A stretch of DNA of 64,000 nucleotides from Narcine bancroftii. Its lineage: Eukaryota. The DNA is taken from NCBI RefSeq assembly GCF_036971445.1, contig NC_091470.1, forward strand, positions 96,472,001 to 96,536,000. The letters run 5' to 3'. The notes below the pieces were generated by a model that was given only the letters and a program-made list of their open reading frames with translations, made no database searches and was not told where the DNA came from. This document shows positions 38,433 to 51,220 of the stretch, piece by piece. The position numbers were made by a program, and so were the translations under genes. Positions within the stretch are counted from its first letter, which is position 1. Each line of letters opens with the position of its first letter.

Positions 38433-39097
38433 AAGCAATGCCACTCTTCCCCCTTTCATCCCTCCCATTCTATCGCATCTAAAGCAACGGAAGGTCGGAA
38501 CATTGAACTGCCAGTCCTGCCCCTCCTGCAACCAAGTTTCACTAATGGCCACAATGTCATAATTGCATGTGCCAATCCACGCTCTAAGCTCATCTGCCTT
38601 TCCTACAACACTCCTTGCTTTGAAATAGATGCACTTTAGAAAATTTCCCATGTATAACCCGCTGACTTCTAATGGTGCATGCAATTTTCACATCATCTTT
38701 TTCCCTCCTCCACTCCTCTGTCTGTTCTGGCACTCTGGATCCCATCCCCCTGTAAATCTAGTTTAAACCCACTGGAGCAACACTAGCAAACCTTCCCTCA
38801 AGGACATTAGTCCCCCTCTAGTTCACTATCCCTGGAAGAGAGCCCACAGAACCTCACATTTGTCCCCTTAACTATGGAAAACTCTATCACTACAGCTCAC
38901 CTCCTCCTCCCTTCCCTTCTTAACCACATGACCAGACTCCGTGCCAGAGACCTGCAAGGAGGTGGCTTGTCCCTAGTAGATACCAACTCCCCTTACCCCA
39001 AGCAATATCCAAAATGGTATACTTGTTATTAAGGGGAACGGCCATAGGGGTGCCTGCCTGTTCTCTTTCCCTCTCCTGTCACCCATTGGTTGACATA

Positions 39098-39322
39098 TCA
39101 GTTAGCACAACTTCATTAAAGCGCTAGCAGTCAGGATCTGGGTTCGAATCCCGCGTTGTCTGTAAAGAGTTTGTACATTCTCCACGGGTCTGCATGGGTT
39201 TTCCCTAACTACTCTGGTTTCCTCCCACTGTTGAAAACGTACTGGTGTGTAGGTTAATTGGGCAGCACGGACTCGCGGGCTGAAATGGCCTGTTACCATG
39301 CTGTGTGTCTAAATTTAAAATT
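39098..39322 (+). mobile_element. V-SINE copy nested in CR1
   Basis: gggttcgaatccc B box, V core, tail gtctaaatttaaaa. Confidence 0.75.
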
Positions 39323-39478
39323 TATGTCCTACTCCTGCCTCCCAGGTGTGATATTGTCCCTGTAACCCCTATTTACTACCCCCTCTGCCTGCCGAACGAT
39401 CTGGGGTACATCCAACTCCAGCTCCAGTCCCTTAACTCAGTTTGTCAGGAGCTACAGCTGGATGCACTTCTTGCAGAG

Positions 39479-39685
39479 GAAGTCGTCAGGGATATGAAGT
39501 CGTCAGGGATATGAAGTCGTCAGGGATATGAAGTCGTCAGGGATATGAAGTCGTCAGGGATTATGAAGTCGTCAGGGATTATGAAGTCGTCAGGGATTAT
39601 GAAGTCGTCAGGGATTATGAAGTCGTCAGGGATTATGAAGTCGTCAGGGATTATGAAGTCGTCAGGGGTATGAAGTCATCAGGGA
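39479..39685. repeat. 17/18-bp tandem repeat, ~12 units
   Basis: gaagtcgtcagggatat followed by variant gaagtcgtcagggattat. Confidence 0.95.
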
Positions 39686-40039
39686 CACTGCTGGCTTACC
39701 TGACCGTCCACATTCTGCAAGAGGAGCATTCCCCCAGTCTTGGCTACTATTCCCATTATTTATGACTAGAGGAACAAAATATATATCAAAAATCTGCCCT
39801 AACCTGTGCCTACCTGCTGAATCATTTTTGTTCCTTAGGAAGGGTGGCCCTTTCTTACTTCAACTTCTGCTATTCCTTGCCTCTGACCTTTTCTCACTGA
39901 AGCCTGTTGAGCCAAAGCCTTACCATTCTGACTCAGCCCACTGCAACGATGATCGCTCCCTCAATGTCCTCCCTTCTTCAAGGAATAAGCAAAGAAATTT
40001 ATCTCTAAGAGGTATTACATATTCCAAAGTGAGGCCCGA

Positions 40040-40700
40040 AGCTGGTTGAGGGAGAGATGGGAATTGGACTCGGGCACAACAATCACTGAAGAGCGGTGTA
40101 CCTCTCACCACAAAACTTATACGAATCAAAACCTGAAATTGAAGAAATGGGCTTTAGATGTGGTGTAGAGGTTGGAGCTTTTGTCCACTCCACCTGGCTG
40201 TGCACAAAGGTGAGACCCTTCTGAGAGAACCTGAGGGACACTCTGGAGAAAAAAAAATGACAAAGGTGGATTTTCCATAGGATCCAGAGATGTACCTTCT
40301 GGGAGATATTGAGGACGTGAGTTTTAGACTGACCAATGATCAAATTCCATTCGTGAAGGTCGCTTTGGCGGTAGCCAGGAAGTGCATAGCAGTTTCTTGG
40401 ATGTCCATGATGGAATATGGAAATGCAGAGTTGAATTCCCCTGGAGAAAATCGCATACAATCTAAGGAAGAAATATGACACATTCGTTAAGGTGTGGCAA
40501 CCTTGCTTGAAATATATTGGCACACAGATTGATTAGTTTCTCCCCCCCCCCCCCCCCCCCCGCCATCCTACCCCTTTCGAAATAAAGGTACGATGGTATT
40601 CCATCCCAGTAGGGAAACAAGAGTGACCAAGAAAGTGGGATATGGTGCAGGCAATGTGCTTTTTTAGTTTCGTTTTAAGATTTTTTTTTTAGCCTTTGTT
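40040..40700 (+). mobile_element. L1 ORF2 3' fragment
   Basis: MYLLGDI...VALAVARKCIAVSW...IPLEKIAYNLRKKYDTFVKVWQP. Confidence 0.75.
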
Positions 40701-41179
40701 ATTCAGCCATCCTGGTTCTTTTTTGCCTAGGTTCTGCAGGGGGTCTATGACCCCATTGGAATTTGTATCTGAACAATTTAATTGTGTTTTCAGTAGAGTA
40801 AGGGTGGGATAAACACAGGAAGGCGTCAGAGTAAAGACTGAAAACTGGCCGGGGGGGGGGGGGGGAGGAATCCAGACCAACAAAAGGTGTTAATTGAATA
40901 TGATAAGAGGAGAGGTGAAAAATTGATTTTTGCCTCTCAGAAAAGAGTCAGGGAAAAGGGAAGAGAGAGACAGACAGCTCGGGGAAAAGTGACAGGGAAA
41001 AGAAGAGGGGGGGGGCAGTGTTTATTGGAGAAGGGAGGTTGATGTTAATGCCCAGGTGGAACACGAGGCGTTATTCCTCCAAACTAAGAGCTGTGTGTCA
41101 CAGAAGGTATCAGATGTCCCAAGATACACACTGTTGTAGCTCCAATGTTTCTGCCTGATGCAGATGAACTTTTGGTCAG

Positions 41180-41745
41180 GAATAAGGATTTATTGTCATG
41201 AACTGTTTTTTGACAGCATCATAGTGCAAAGATACATATTATAATCATCTTACTATTTAAAAAAAAAACAATAACAGGGCACGAAAAGTAAGGCAGCGCC
41301 TTTGGTTCATTGATTATTCAGGAATCTGATGGCAACGGGGAAGAAGCTGTTCTTGTGCCGTTGAGTGCTCTTCTTTAGGCTTCTGTACCTCCTTCCCGAT
41401 GGTAGCAGAGTGAAGAGTGCGTGAGGGTCTTTGAGGATAGAGGCTGGGTTTTTTTTTAAAGACACCGCCTCATGTAGATGTCCTCGATGGAGGAAAGTCT
41501 ATTGCCTGTGAGTTAACCTCCCTCTGGAGTTTATTCTTGTCCTGAGAGTTGGCACCTTCATACTAGGCAGTGATGCAACCAACCAGAATGCTCTCCATGG
41601 TCCACTTGTAGAAGTTTAGGAGAGTCTTCGGTGACGTACTGAGTCTTGTCAGACACCTCACAAAGTATAGCCGCTGGTGAGCTGCCTTTGTGAGGACAGA
41701 TCCTCAGAGATGTTGACACCCAGGAATTTGCACTGATAGTCCCTG
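41180..41745 (-). mobile_element. Rex1/Babar 3' fragment
   Basis: Reverse-complement similarity to the 4870-5470 region. Confidence 0.75.
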
Positions 41746-41859
41746 GGATGTTGATGGTAGGAGGCTCATTCATGTGCTTGGATGTTCAAATGATTACTTG
41801 TCTCCCATCAGCCTGTTGTCTGGCCTTTGTTCCCTGAAGCCTTTGCTGCTTTGTTATCT

Positions 41860-42195
41860 GCAGTTCTTCTTTGGCTTGGCTTCGCGGATGAAGATTTATG
41901 GAGGGGGTAAAAGTCCACGTCAGCTGCAGGCTCGTTTGTGGCTGACAAGTCCGATGCGGGACAGGCAGACACGGTTGCAGCGGTTGCAGGGGAAAATTGG
42001 TGGGTTGGGGTTGGGAGTTGGGTTTTTCCTCCTTTGCCTTTTGTCAGTGAGGTGGGCTCTGCGGTCTTCTTCAAAGGAGGTTGCTTCCCACCTAACTGTG
42101 AGGTGCCAAGATGCACGGTTTGAGGCGATATCGGCCCACTGGTGGTGGTCAATGTGGCAGGAACCAAGAGATTTCTTTAGGCAGTCCTTGTACCT
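41860..42195 (-). mobile_element. RTE-clade LINE 3' end
   Basis: YKDCLKKSL..CHIDHHQW...PCNRCNRVCLSRIGLVSHKRAC C-terminal zinc finger; gaa tail. Confidence 0.75.
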
Positions 42196-43654
42196 GCTGT
42201 AATTATGTGATTTTCACGCTGTTCAGTTGCTATGTCTGACTTTGACAGCCATTAACATAGTCATCAAAGGTTGTTGAGACTGGGATGATGCCTCATCACC
42301 AGCAATCACAGCCATCTCTCTCCAACCAATTAATTTCATTTTTACTTCTTAATTCCACACTTGGTCAATCACAGCCTTGACGCCAAAGGAGGATGCACAT
42401 CACAACTGGATTCACCTCTTTAGTCCCTGATGGGACCATAGAAGTGTTGGGCATTGCAACTGCAACGTCCATGTGAAATACTAATGAGTGATTTAACAAG
42501 GAAATGATGTTTGATCCCACCTTCCATAGAGCAAATCTTTGTGAGAAGACTGGCTGATAATTGGAGGCACATGTTACAGGAACATCCCAAGCCACAGATT
42601 TATTGTCAGAGTACATTCGTGACATTGCATACAACCCTGAGATTCCTTTTTTCCTGTGGGAAGGGCAGAATTATCACCCATTGGTCATGCAAAATAACTG
42701 TACTCAACATACACATGTAAACAAATAAAGAAATGTCATACAGGTGCCTTGCTGTTCGGCATGGGTGATCATGTCTCCATCTGTCACGATCTTTGATCCT
42801 CCAAATTGTGGATGTTGCCTCCCTGTTCTCCTTTGAGCTGAGACTGTAGTCTATGTTGAGTTCATGATTATACAAGGGAAAAATACTGAAGGGTTTCCCG
42901 TTTCCTTCTTCAGTTGCAATGTCCATACTGGACGGGAAACCCTGGCCATTGATCCACAAATTCATCTGCCCAGCGTTTTTAGTCTTACAACCGTAAATTC
43001 CAATTTGTAGAATCTGCTTGTTAAAAAAACCATCCACCGTTTGCAATCCATGGCTTCACATGACCCTGATTGGGAGGCTAAACAGGTCCTCCACCTTGCC
43101 CAAGAATGAGCAGTTGGACGGAAGGAGTGCCTTACACCCCCTTTTTGCTGATCAATTGTAAAGAACTGGCATTCAAAATATAAGCAAACAGATAAAGAAA
43201 TTTCAGCAATACAAATGGTGGAGAAGAGTAGCAACTGTTCCTGAACCTGGTGGTGTGAGACTTGTGGTACCGATACCTCTTTCCTGATGGTAGCAGTGAA
43301 AAGAGCGTGTGCTGGGTGGTGTGGATCCTGGATGATTGCTGCTGCTCTCTGACGGCAGTATTCCCTGAAGATGTTCTCAATGATGATGGGGGGTGGGGGG
43401 GGGGGGGAGGGGCTTGCCTCTGATGTCTGGAGTTGTGTCCACTAAATTTTACAAGGCTTTTCACTCGGGCATTGGGAGCGTATCTAATTGTTTGAAGTTG
43501 AACATTGCAGCAGAGGGGACCTTTGCAGGCAGCCTGGATTGGTCATTCTTTTTGACTGAAAACTGTTGACTAATAACCATGGGGCAGATCTTTGGGTGGT
43601 CTGTAAGTTCTGAAAAAGCTTTCAAAATCCAAGACATTTCTCCTTTCTCCCAAA

Positions 43655-43897
43655 GTGGCGTGGTCAGCGTAGCAGTTGGCGCAACGCCTTTACAGTACAG
43701 CACCAGTGATTGGGACTGGAGTTCGAAACCCACGCTGTCTGTGAGGAGTTTATATGTTCTCATTGTGTCTGCATGGGTTTCCCCAGGGACTCCTCTAAAT
43801 GTACTGGAGGTGTAGGTTAATTGGGTATAAATTGGATGGCACGGACTTCTGGGCTTAAATGGCCTGTTACCATGTTGTATGTATGTTTAAGTTTAAA
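43655..43897 (+). mobile_element. V-SINE copy
   Basis: tggcgtggtcagcgtagc head, gagttcgaaacc B box, V core. Confidence 0.75.
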
Positions 43898-43970
43898 TGT
43901 CAAAGGCTGCACCATCACAAGAGCCAACTTCAGCCAATTTGATTTGCTCCATCTGATCCCACTAGATACA

Positions 43971-44077
43971 GCTGTTGCTGTCCAGTGGTTCTAGGGGCCC
44001 ACAGTTTGTGCCTGTTCCCGACTGTGCTTTCCTCTCCCAGTGCCAGAGTTAACACAGTCTCCTCAAGGCTAAAGAAG
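43971..44077 (+). repeat. 107-bp direct repeat, partner at 45549-45655
   Basis: One mismatch seen between the two copies. Confidence 0.95.
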
Positions 44078-44277
44078 GGGGTCAGACCACACTGGGGCTG
44101 CTCTGCTTCTGGATTAGTCATGCTGTTTCACTACAGTAACAATGCTGGAATCTACCTGACAACATGGAGGCAGTGGTAGTGCCTTCGGTCGCCAGCCTGT
44201 ATGGTGTGGTGTGAGGGAGGTCAAGGGGAGCGAAACTGAAAGTTAGAGGGCTTAACCCCACCTTCCATCTCTTGCAG

Positions 44278-44479
44278 GGCACATCGAGTGTGTCAAGCAG
44301 TCCTACCTCCAGCCCGAAGACGAAGAGCTCGTCCTTGTCACCTGCCCAGAAGGCCAGTCTGATCACAGCCACTGCCACTGCTGCCAGCCAATCCCCCAGC
44401 CTTTCCGCCCAGTTCTCCCACATCCTGAAGCAGCACATGCAGAAGACGGGGACAGTGTTAACTCAGAAACAAGCTCAAG
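44278..44479 (+). CDS. KANSL3: KANSL3 coding exon 13
   Basis: [16 protein letters not shown]...[18 protein letters not shown]; ttgcag| and |gtaaac. Confidence 0.93.
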
Positions 44480-45440
44480 GTAAACGCACCCGTTTCTTCC
44501 CCAAATTAGGGCAGCCATCGATCAGTAAATAGCTGCGCATTTACAACAGGTTGCAGCTCCCACAATCTGGCACATTTTAATCCATACTACCAACCTTGAT
44601 TAATGAATATTCTCGATAAGATCTATAATCAACCAAGGTTTGTACTAATCTGTAGCCCACCAGATAATATTTGCAATTTCAGCTGACATTTCCAACAGGA
44701 ACATTTTGTGCTTCGAACAGTTCTGAGAACTCTTGTGTATCCCAGGGAATGCCTGTACTTAAAACATAAATACAGTAAAACACCTGGTATCGGCACCTCT
44801 GGGGACTGACTGGTGGGTGCTGGATAGGTGTGTTTTCCGGTTGCCTGAGAATGCATGTTGCATGAGTGGTGAACTAATGGCGAGGCTCACCAAGTTTAAG
44901 CGTGTACTTTTTACCTACCAGTATTTATTTTCCTCTTTTTTTTTTGCTGGTTGCTTAAATTCCAGATAACAGGGGTGTTACTGTAGTTCTACCACTTTGA
45001 AAAGGTGAATGGGGACATTTTCTGTGTTCTGGCTCCAGTCAGGTTTCATAGTGCTGGACCAGGACATTTCAATATGTGTAAACAAACTGGCTGTCATTAA
45101 TCAGGGTTTGCAATGGTGATGGATGAAGGTCTGGCTCTGTGCTTACACGACTTGTGTGTGATTGAACAGATTCACTGGCTTTAGAAATGTCTGTGCTGGT
45201 TATTTTTTTTTAACTGCCTTTTATTGTCAAGTTAACCTTGGATTCTAGGGCAGTTGTCTTCTTGGGCTTGCACCCTGGACGTTATGCTGTGTCGGATTTC
45301 CCCAGACAAGCGGCTCAACCTGAATTGGTTCACTGCTGGCAAATCCTGTTTAATTGTGGAGGAATAAATCCGTGTCTAAAACTTGTGTGGCTTGCACTGC
45401 ATGCCTTGTGATCTGTTGATTTTTTTGTGATTGATTTCAG

Positions 45441-45518
45441 CTCAGTTTGCTGCTTTCCTAAAGCAGAATATGTTGGTGAAGAAGAATTCAAGTCCATCCA
45501 ACTCATCCTGTGTCTTTG
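45441..45518 (+). CDS. KANSL3: KANSL3 coding exon 14 (78 nt, symmetric phase 1/1)
   Basis: AQFAAFLKQNMLVKKNSSPSNSSCVF (human AQFAAFLKQNMLVRK...SCLF). Confidence 0.92.
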
Positions 45519-45945
45519 GTACGGGCGTGTGCATGAGCTCTCTCATCCGCTGTTGCTGTCCAGTGGTTCTAGGGGCCCACAGTTTGTGCCTGTTCCCGAC
45601 TGTGCTTTCCTCTCCCAGTGCCAGAGTTAACACAGTCTCCTCAAAGCTAAAGAAGAACTTGCCTCATAGTACTTCATGCTGTTTGAAAGTGCAGTCAAAC
45701 TTGGGTCTGAAAGTACAAAGGTATTAGGGCAAAATTGGCTGAAGTGGTCTGGGAAGGCAACTTAAAAGATAAGATTATAATCAAACAGTGGTAGACATTT
45801 AAGGAAAAATCAAAGCTCCCCACCAGAAGAAAGCCCCAACCTGGTTGACGAAATAAAATTCCCAGTATCAAGCAATTGCAGGGATTGGAAGATGCCAGAT
45901 ATGCAAATTTTCTGGTTGCTTGAGATTCACTCTTACAATGTTTAA

Positions 45946-46320
45946 CTGTGGTTCTCAACCTTTTTCTTTCCACTCTCACACCATTTTAAGTAATCCCTCT
46001 ACCATCAATGCTCTGTGATTAGTAAGGGATTGCTTAAGGTGGGATGTGAGTGGGAAGGGAAGGTTGAAAACCACTGCTGTAGACCCATTTGTTACTGAAA
46101 TATTTTGCTTGAGAAAAATGGTCATTGGCCCATTTCCTTTGGAGTTCTGAAACCATGCACATAACGAGTCAATGAGGGACAATTAAAACAGTGGGTTTCA
46201 AACTTTTTCTTTCCACCCATATCCCACCTTAAGCAAACCCTTACTAATCACAGAGCACCGCTGGCAGAGGGATTACTTAAAGTGGTGTGTGAGTGGAAAG
46301 AAAAAGGTTGAGAACCACTG
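45946..46320. mobile_element. Composite hAT MITE: two palindromic units (45946-46077, 46189-46320) around a ~110-bp spacer
   Basis: Same TIR family as 19333-19487. Confidence 0.75.
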
Positions 46321-47277
46321 GTTAACTAATGTACCAGCATTAAGAATAAACAGTTTAAAACAGTGCAAAATGTAAAGTGATTTTTTAAAAAGCCCTTAAT
46401 TAGTAATTAGAATCATAGCCCCATAATTCAATACGGCACAGGAATTGCCCTTTGGTCTTTCTAGTCTGTGCCAAACTTATTTATTTCCTCAATTTTTTTT
46501 GCTGGTTGCTTGGAGTTGCTGGTTGCTTGAATTCCGGATAACGAGGATTTTACTGTTTTAGATTAAAGGGGAATAATGAGTAGTGAGTGGGCAACAGTGT
46601 GGCCAGTCATTTATAAATATTGCAAAAATGCAACCCTAAAGACATCTGTGGAAAAACCAGAACTGTTGAGCATTTTGAAATGCTGACAAATTAGAAAAGG
46701 CTGATTCTCAAAAAGGACCTGGCCTTCCTGGTCCAGGTAACTGAAGGCTAACTGGCAGGTGCAGCAGGCGAGAGACGAGCACAAGGAGATTAACTGCCTA
46801 CGATGATGTGAGTCTTGGTGAGACCATGCCTGGGGTGCATTGGGCTGTTTGGTCTCCTTTCCCGTTTGGTTCAGGAATAGCGTGTTTGTCAAAGAAAGAA
46901 GCTACTTAGCACTGAAAGGAGGAGACATTTATCTGCGGTCAGGGTGGTGAATCTGGGATCCTGCACCCCTGGGAGTGCAGAGGCTCAGTCGTTATTTGCA
47001 TTCAATGCAGAGGTTGATAGATTCAAGATATTGATGGAATAAAGAGGCATGGAGGTTGGCCAAGAAAATGGTGGTGAGGCAGAAGGTCGCACTGTGGTTG
47101 GAAGACTGAAGAGTCACCTTCTTGTTCTGTTCTTGATGCATAAGGTTTTAAAAGAGCAGAGGTAGGTAAGTGAGATAAGGATTACCCTCTCAGAACAGGA
47201 TGCATGGGGGTGGGAGGGAATCTGACCTGATCTCTATTGTTGTAATTTTGATTGTGTAGTCTTTGGATCTTCTACAG

Positions 47278-47494
47278 CAGTCATTCTCAACCTTTTTTCC
47301 ACCATGCCACCCCACCCCTCCACCCATCATACTCTGCTTCAGGTTTATGGGCCCATTTCCCTGTGAAGGAGATAAATATATTTATGATACATGAGGTGAA
47401 AAGAAAACAAGGCTTTTACTGAAATGTGTTGTTCTCACACCCCCCTCCCCCGGGGAGGGGGACTGGCCCTTAGGGCTCCTGTTGAGAATGGCTG
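47278..47494. mobile_element. hAT-type MITE
   Basis: TIR cagtcattctcaac / gttgagaatggctg; 8-bp TSD ttctacag. Confidence 0.85.
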
Positions 47495-48447
47495 TTCTAC
47501 AGTGTTAAAACAGAGATGCTGGAGGAACTCACCAGGTCTCACAGCGTCCACAGGAGGAAAAGATATATTTCCAACATTTCGTTTTGGGCCTTCCTCAATG
47601 TAGAAGATGTCTTAAGGAAGGGCTCAGGCCCGGAACGTCGGTGATATAATCTTTGCCTTCTATGGACACTTAAGACTGGCCGAGTTCCTCCAGTATCTCT
47701 GTGTTTTGACTGCAATCACAGCGTCTGTATATTTTTGTGTTTCATGTTGTTCAACAATGTTGGGGTGGGAGATGTGGTCACTGTCTGGCACACAGTGAGG
47801 TGGCCAAATTGCACGCAGTTAACTGAGGGGCGACCATCCAGCCCCACTCCACTCCTGGCAGTGCCGTCAGCCCAATTTCATCCTCCGGAGAGGTGGGCTG
47901 GAAACTGCTCCACTGGTCAGACCACATCTGTGGGCGCTTGGGGGTTCAGTTTAGTATCATCGGAAGCTGTGCGGCACTCCCTCAGCACTCATGGAGGCGA
48001 GTGTGATGATTCTCTGACCCTGGACCCCCTCAAGCAATGATGAATGCCAGAACGAATCCACCAATGGAATGAAACACGAAAGTCTGCAGATGCTGTGATT
48101 GCAATAAAAATGCACAGGAATGCTGGAGAAACTCAGCCGGTCTCGCAGCGTCCGCAGGAGGAAGGGCTCAGGCCCGAAACATCGGTAATCTCTACTTCCT
48201 TTGGAGTTGTGAGACTGGCTGAGTTCCTCCAGCATTTCTGTGGAAAACAGTCTCCATGAGATGCATGAAAAGAGCAGTATGTATTTGTGCATGCAACAGA
48301 GCTTTAGTTTAATTTGGATGTCATGTTGGGCCAGATATTGTGGGCCAAATGCCTCTTCTGTGCTGCATGGGCCACTGAGTTGCCAGTAACGTTGGTCACC
48401 TCCAATTCCCCGATTCCTCTAATCTGTAAAAATCCGTTGGCCTGTAG

Positions 48448-48636
48448 TTCCGGTGTCCTCGGCCCAGCAGGATGCTGTGGAGAAGGAGGATGTGAAGGCG
48501 CAGCTGAAGCGGCGGCAACTTTCCACCCCGAGCCCCGTCTCCAAACCGGCAAAACGAGCCAAGATCAAGGTCACCATTCTTTCCCACGGGGACACACCTG
48601 GGGCTGCAGCCATGCCCTACCCTGCATCCAAGGAGG
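48448..48636 (+). CDS. KANSL3: KANSL3 coding exon 15
   Basis: VPVSS...EKEDVKAQLKRR...KPAKRAKIKVTILSHGDT; tgtag| and |gtgaga. Confidence 0.92.
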
Positions 48637-49298
48637 GTGAGAAACATGCGCTGCTTCGGCCTCTGGCTCACTGACCTCATGCCCCACTGAAGGGGTGAGG
48701 TGGGAGGAGGTGGGAGGGGTCTTGGGTCGAAAGGTTAGGTGCTGAGGAGATGGGGATAGGTTGGGGAGGCCTAAAGAGCAAGTAGAGAGATCTTTCTCCT
48801 TGTTTTAAATTCAGACAGTGGTCTATAAGGAGTTTTTGAGCCCCGGTCCTGATCGCTGGCGCTGTAAAAGTATTGCGCTAACCGCTATGCCAATCCTGCT
48901 GCCCAGACATGATATGACAAACATAACAGGAGGACAATATTCAAAATGGTAACTCCGGAATAACACCCCCCAAATCCCCGCTCCTGGTCCTGAAAGGTTT
49001 GTGTCCATTGGCAAGGCCTCATTGTGAGCAGCCAGAGAAGCAGATCTGCAGCAGAGGTACCCCATGCACTGAGTTGGTGAGCAGATCCAGCTGTGGTTCG
49101 CACCCAATTGCCAACACATCCCTGGATCTCCCATCTGCTCCTTTCCAAGATTTATTTGTATTGGGTTGGGGCCTGCAGTCTGAGGCGCTGGGTAGTTTAG
49201 GGAATGGAGCAAGGGAAGGCGATCAGTTTCTGAGCATCTGATGTGCTGGCCAAGGATCACTGGCAGTCTGACCTTGGGTTTATTCTTCCTTCTGGCAG

Positions 49299-49383
49299 GT
49301 GGAGTACCGAAACCCTTGACTTTATCAGTCAGTCAGCCAGGTACAGGCACCAAGGAGCTGACCGGATTGCTGTCAGGTCAAAG
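49299..49383 (+). CDS. KANSL3: KANSL3 coding exon 16
   Basis: GGVPKPLTLSVSQPGTGTKELTGLL (human KPITMTL...KELTGLL); ggcag| and |gtgagt. Confidence 0.88.
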
Positions 49384-49589
49384 GTGAGTGTGCCTTGGAG
49401 AGGAGGAGTCCGCATTCGGCTGTTCCTGAATGGATCTGGCCGTGTGCTGGGTCAGAGGGGATGGAGTCTACTAATCAGAGGGGCCACATCGGTGTCTAAC
49501 ACAATGTCGTGCCTCACTCAGCATGGGACTTTGCCCTGAGGGAACTGCAGTCATGGAATCATGCTGAAATAAGTCAATGTGGCATTAAT

Positions 49590-49840
49590 TTAAATTTTAA
49601 GTTTTAAATTTAGACATACAGCACGGTAACAGGCCCTTTTGGCTCACAAGCCCGTGCTCCCCAATTACATCCAATTGACCTACAACCCCTGGTACATTTT
49701 GAACAGTGGGAGACAACCGGAGCCCTCAGGAAAAACACGTACAGGTACGGGGAGAATGTACAAGCTCCCTACAGACAGTGTGGGATTCAAACCCTGGTCG
49801 CTCAAGCTGTAACAGTGTTACATTAACCACGCTGACCATG
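49590..49840 (-). mobile_element. V-SINE copy (reverse)
   Basis: Reverse complement of the V-SINE family seen elsewhere in the window. Confidence 0.75.
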
Positions 49841-49849
49841 GTGGAGATG

Positions 49850-50045
49850 TGTTGAGGGGACAATGCTCAGATGGAGGGAAGGGGAAGTGCTGAGGGAACA
49901 CTGCACTGGAGGGGGAGTGCTGAGGGAACGCTCCACTGGAAGGGGGAGTGCTGAGGGAACGCTGCACTGGAGGGTGGAGTGCTGATAGAACACTGCACTG
50001 GGGGGGGGGGGGGGAGGGTGGAGTTCTGAGGGAACACTGCACTGC
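49850..50045. repeat. ~31-bp tandem repeat gtgctgagggaacactgcactggagggg, possibly from a DeuSINE-like element
   Basis: About 6 degenerate units visible; SINE origin is an inference. Confidence 0.7.
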
Positions 50046-50298
50046 CAAAGGTGCCACCTTTTCTGGTGTGTTTAAGACCGTATCCCGTGATCCCTCTTTC
50101 CTGGTGTCCTGATCTCAGTGGAGCAGTTTCACTGAACTCTGATCTGGATGTCCTCACGTAAGCCGGTTCTGGAGGCCTACGTGAGTTCCTGCCGTCAGTG
50201 ACCCCCATTCATAGCTGAAACCTTGGATTCTGTGGGAGGTCTATTGTGTCCTACTCCGGGAATGCTTCTTTACCCTCTCATTCTCTCCTGGTGCCCAG

Positions 50299-50462
50299 AT
50301 CAGCCTCTACATCCTCATTCTCCAGCTACCCGAGTACAGTGCCCTCGACTTCCCTGCCCACCAATACAACGGCCAGTGCCCTCCACAGTATCCAGGCCCG
50401 AATGTCCGCTGTGCCAGGCTCCTCTGCTCCACCACCGAGTCATTTGGGCTCCGCTACACCAG
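50299..50462 (+). CDS. KANSL3: KANSL3 coding exon 17
   Basis: SASTSS...TTASALHSIQARM..PGSS (human SALHTLQSRL); cccag| and |gtacat; phase 2/1 fits neighbours. Confidence 0.85.
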
Positions 50463-50669
50463 GTACATTGTCCAACTGTTCATCCTTGGCATCACTACGG
50501 GGCAACTCTCTGCAGCAGAAGGGTTGAACTCAGGTTGGGGGTGGACTGGCTGCAGTTGCTGGAGGCAGAGAGGTGAGTCTTGTGTTCAGGCAGCCAGTTG
50601 AGTGTGTGCCTGAAAGGTCAGTGGAAGAAGAATTGCTGGGAAATTTCAAAATTATTGGATAGAGGAGAG

Positions 50670-51220
50670 GGAGATGCAGATGCTGTGATTGTAATACAAA
50701 CGCACAGTAAATGCTGGAGGAACTCAGCCGGTCTCGCAGCGTCCATAGGAGGTAAAGACATATCACCGATGTCCCTGGCCTGATGGTGCAAACAAAGAAT
50801 GGGAACTGAATAAACACTGAAGACTAGCCAAGGGGAAGAGTCCAGAACAACAAAAGGTGTTAGTTAATTGGATATGATAAGAGGAGAGGTGAGAATTGAT
50901 TTTTGGCTCTTTGAAAGGAAACAGAGGGAAAGGGGAAGAGAGACATGAAAGACGACAAGGGGAGGACGGAAATGGTGGGGGGGTGGTCAACGGAAACCAG
51001 AGAAGTCAATGTTAATGCCATCCAGTTGGAGGGGGCCCAGACGGAAGATGAGGTGCTGTCCCTCCAATTTGCAGGTGGTCTCAGTCTGGCAGTGTGTGAG
51101 GGACGGGGAATTGAAATGGGCGGCCATTGGGAGATCCACACAGTTGCAACAGACAGAGCCAAGGTGCTCAACCAAGTGATCTCCCAGTCTGCATCCAGTC
51201 TCTCCCATGTAGAGAAAGAA
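50670..51220 (-). mobile_element. Penelope-like element 3' part
   Basis: MGETGCRLGDHLVEHL...AAHFNS...KLEGQHLIFRLGPLQLDGINIDFS. Confidence 0.8.

Larger units (their letters stand above)
31145..39960 (-). mobile_element. Long degenerate CR1 LINE carrying nested insertions (two ORF1-only L1 elements, a V-SINE, a tandem repeat)
   Basis: From 5' to 3': LKCIYFKARS..DIVAISETWL, VGNFNYPHIDW, LPEDWRVAHVVPLFKK..NYKPVSLTS, FADDTKIGG, LVRPNLEYC; 3' tail at ~31145. Confidence 0.85.

Noticed and set aside
39479-39685. CRISPR-like regular repeat
   Set aside because: No unique spacers; eukaryotic tandem repeat
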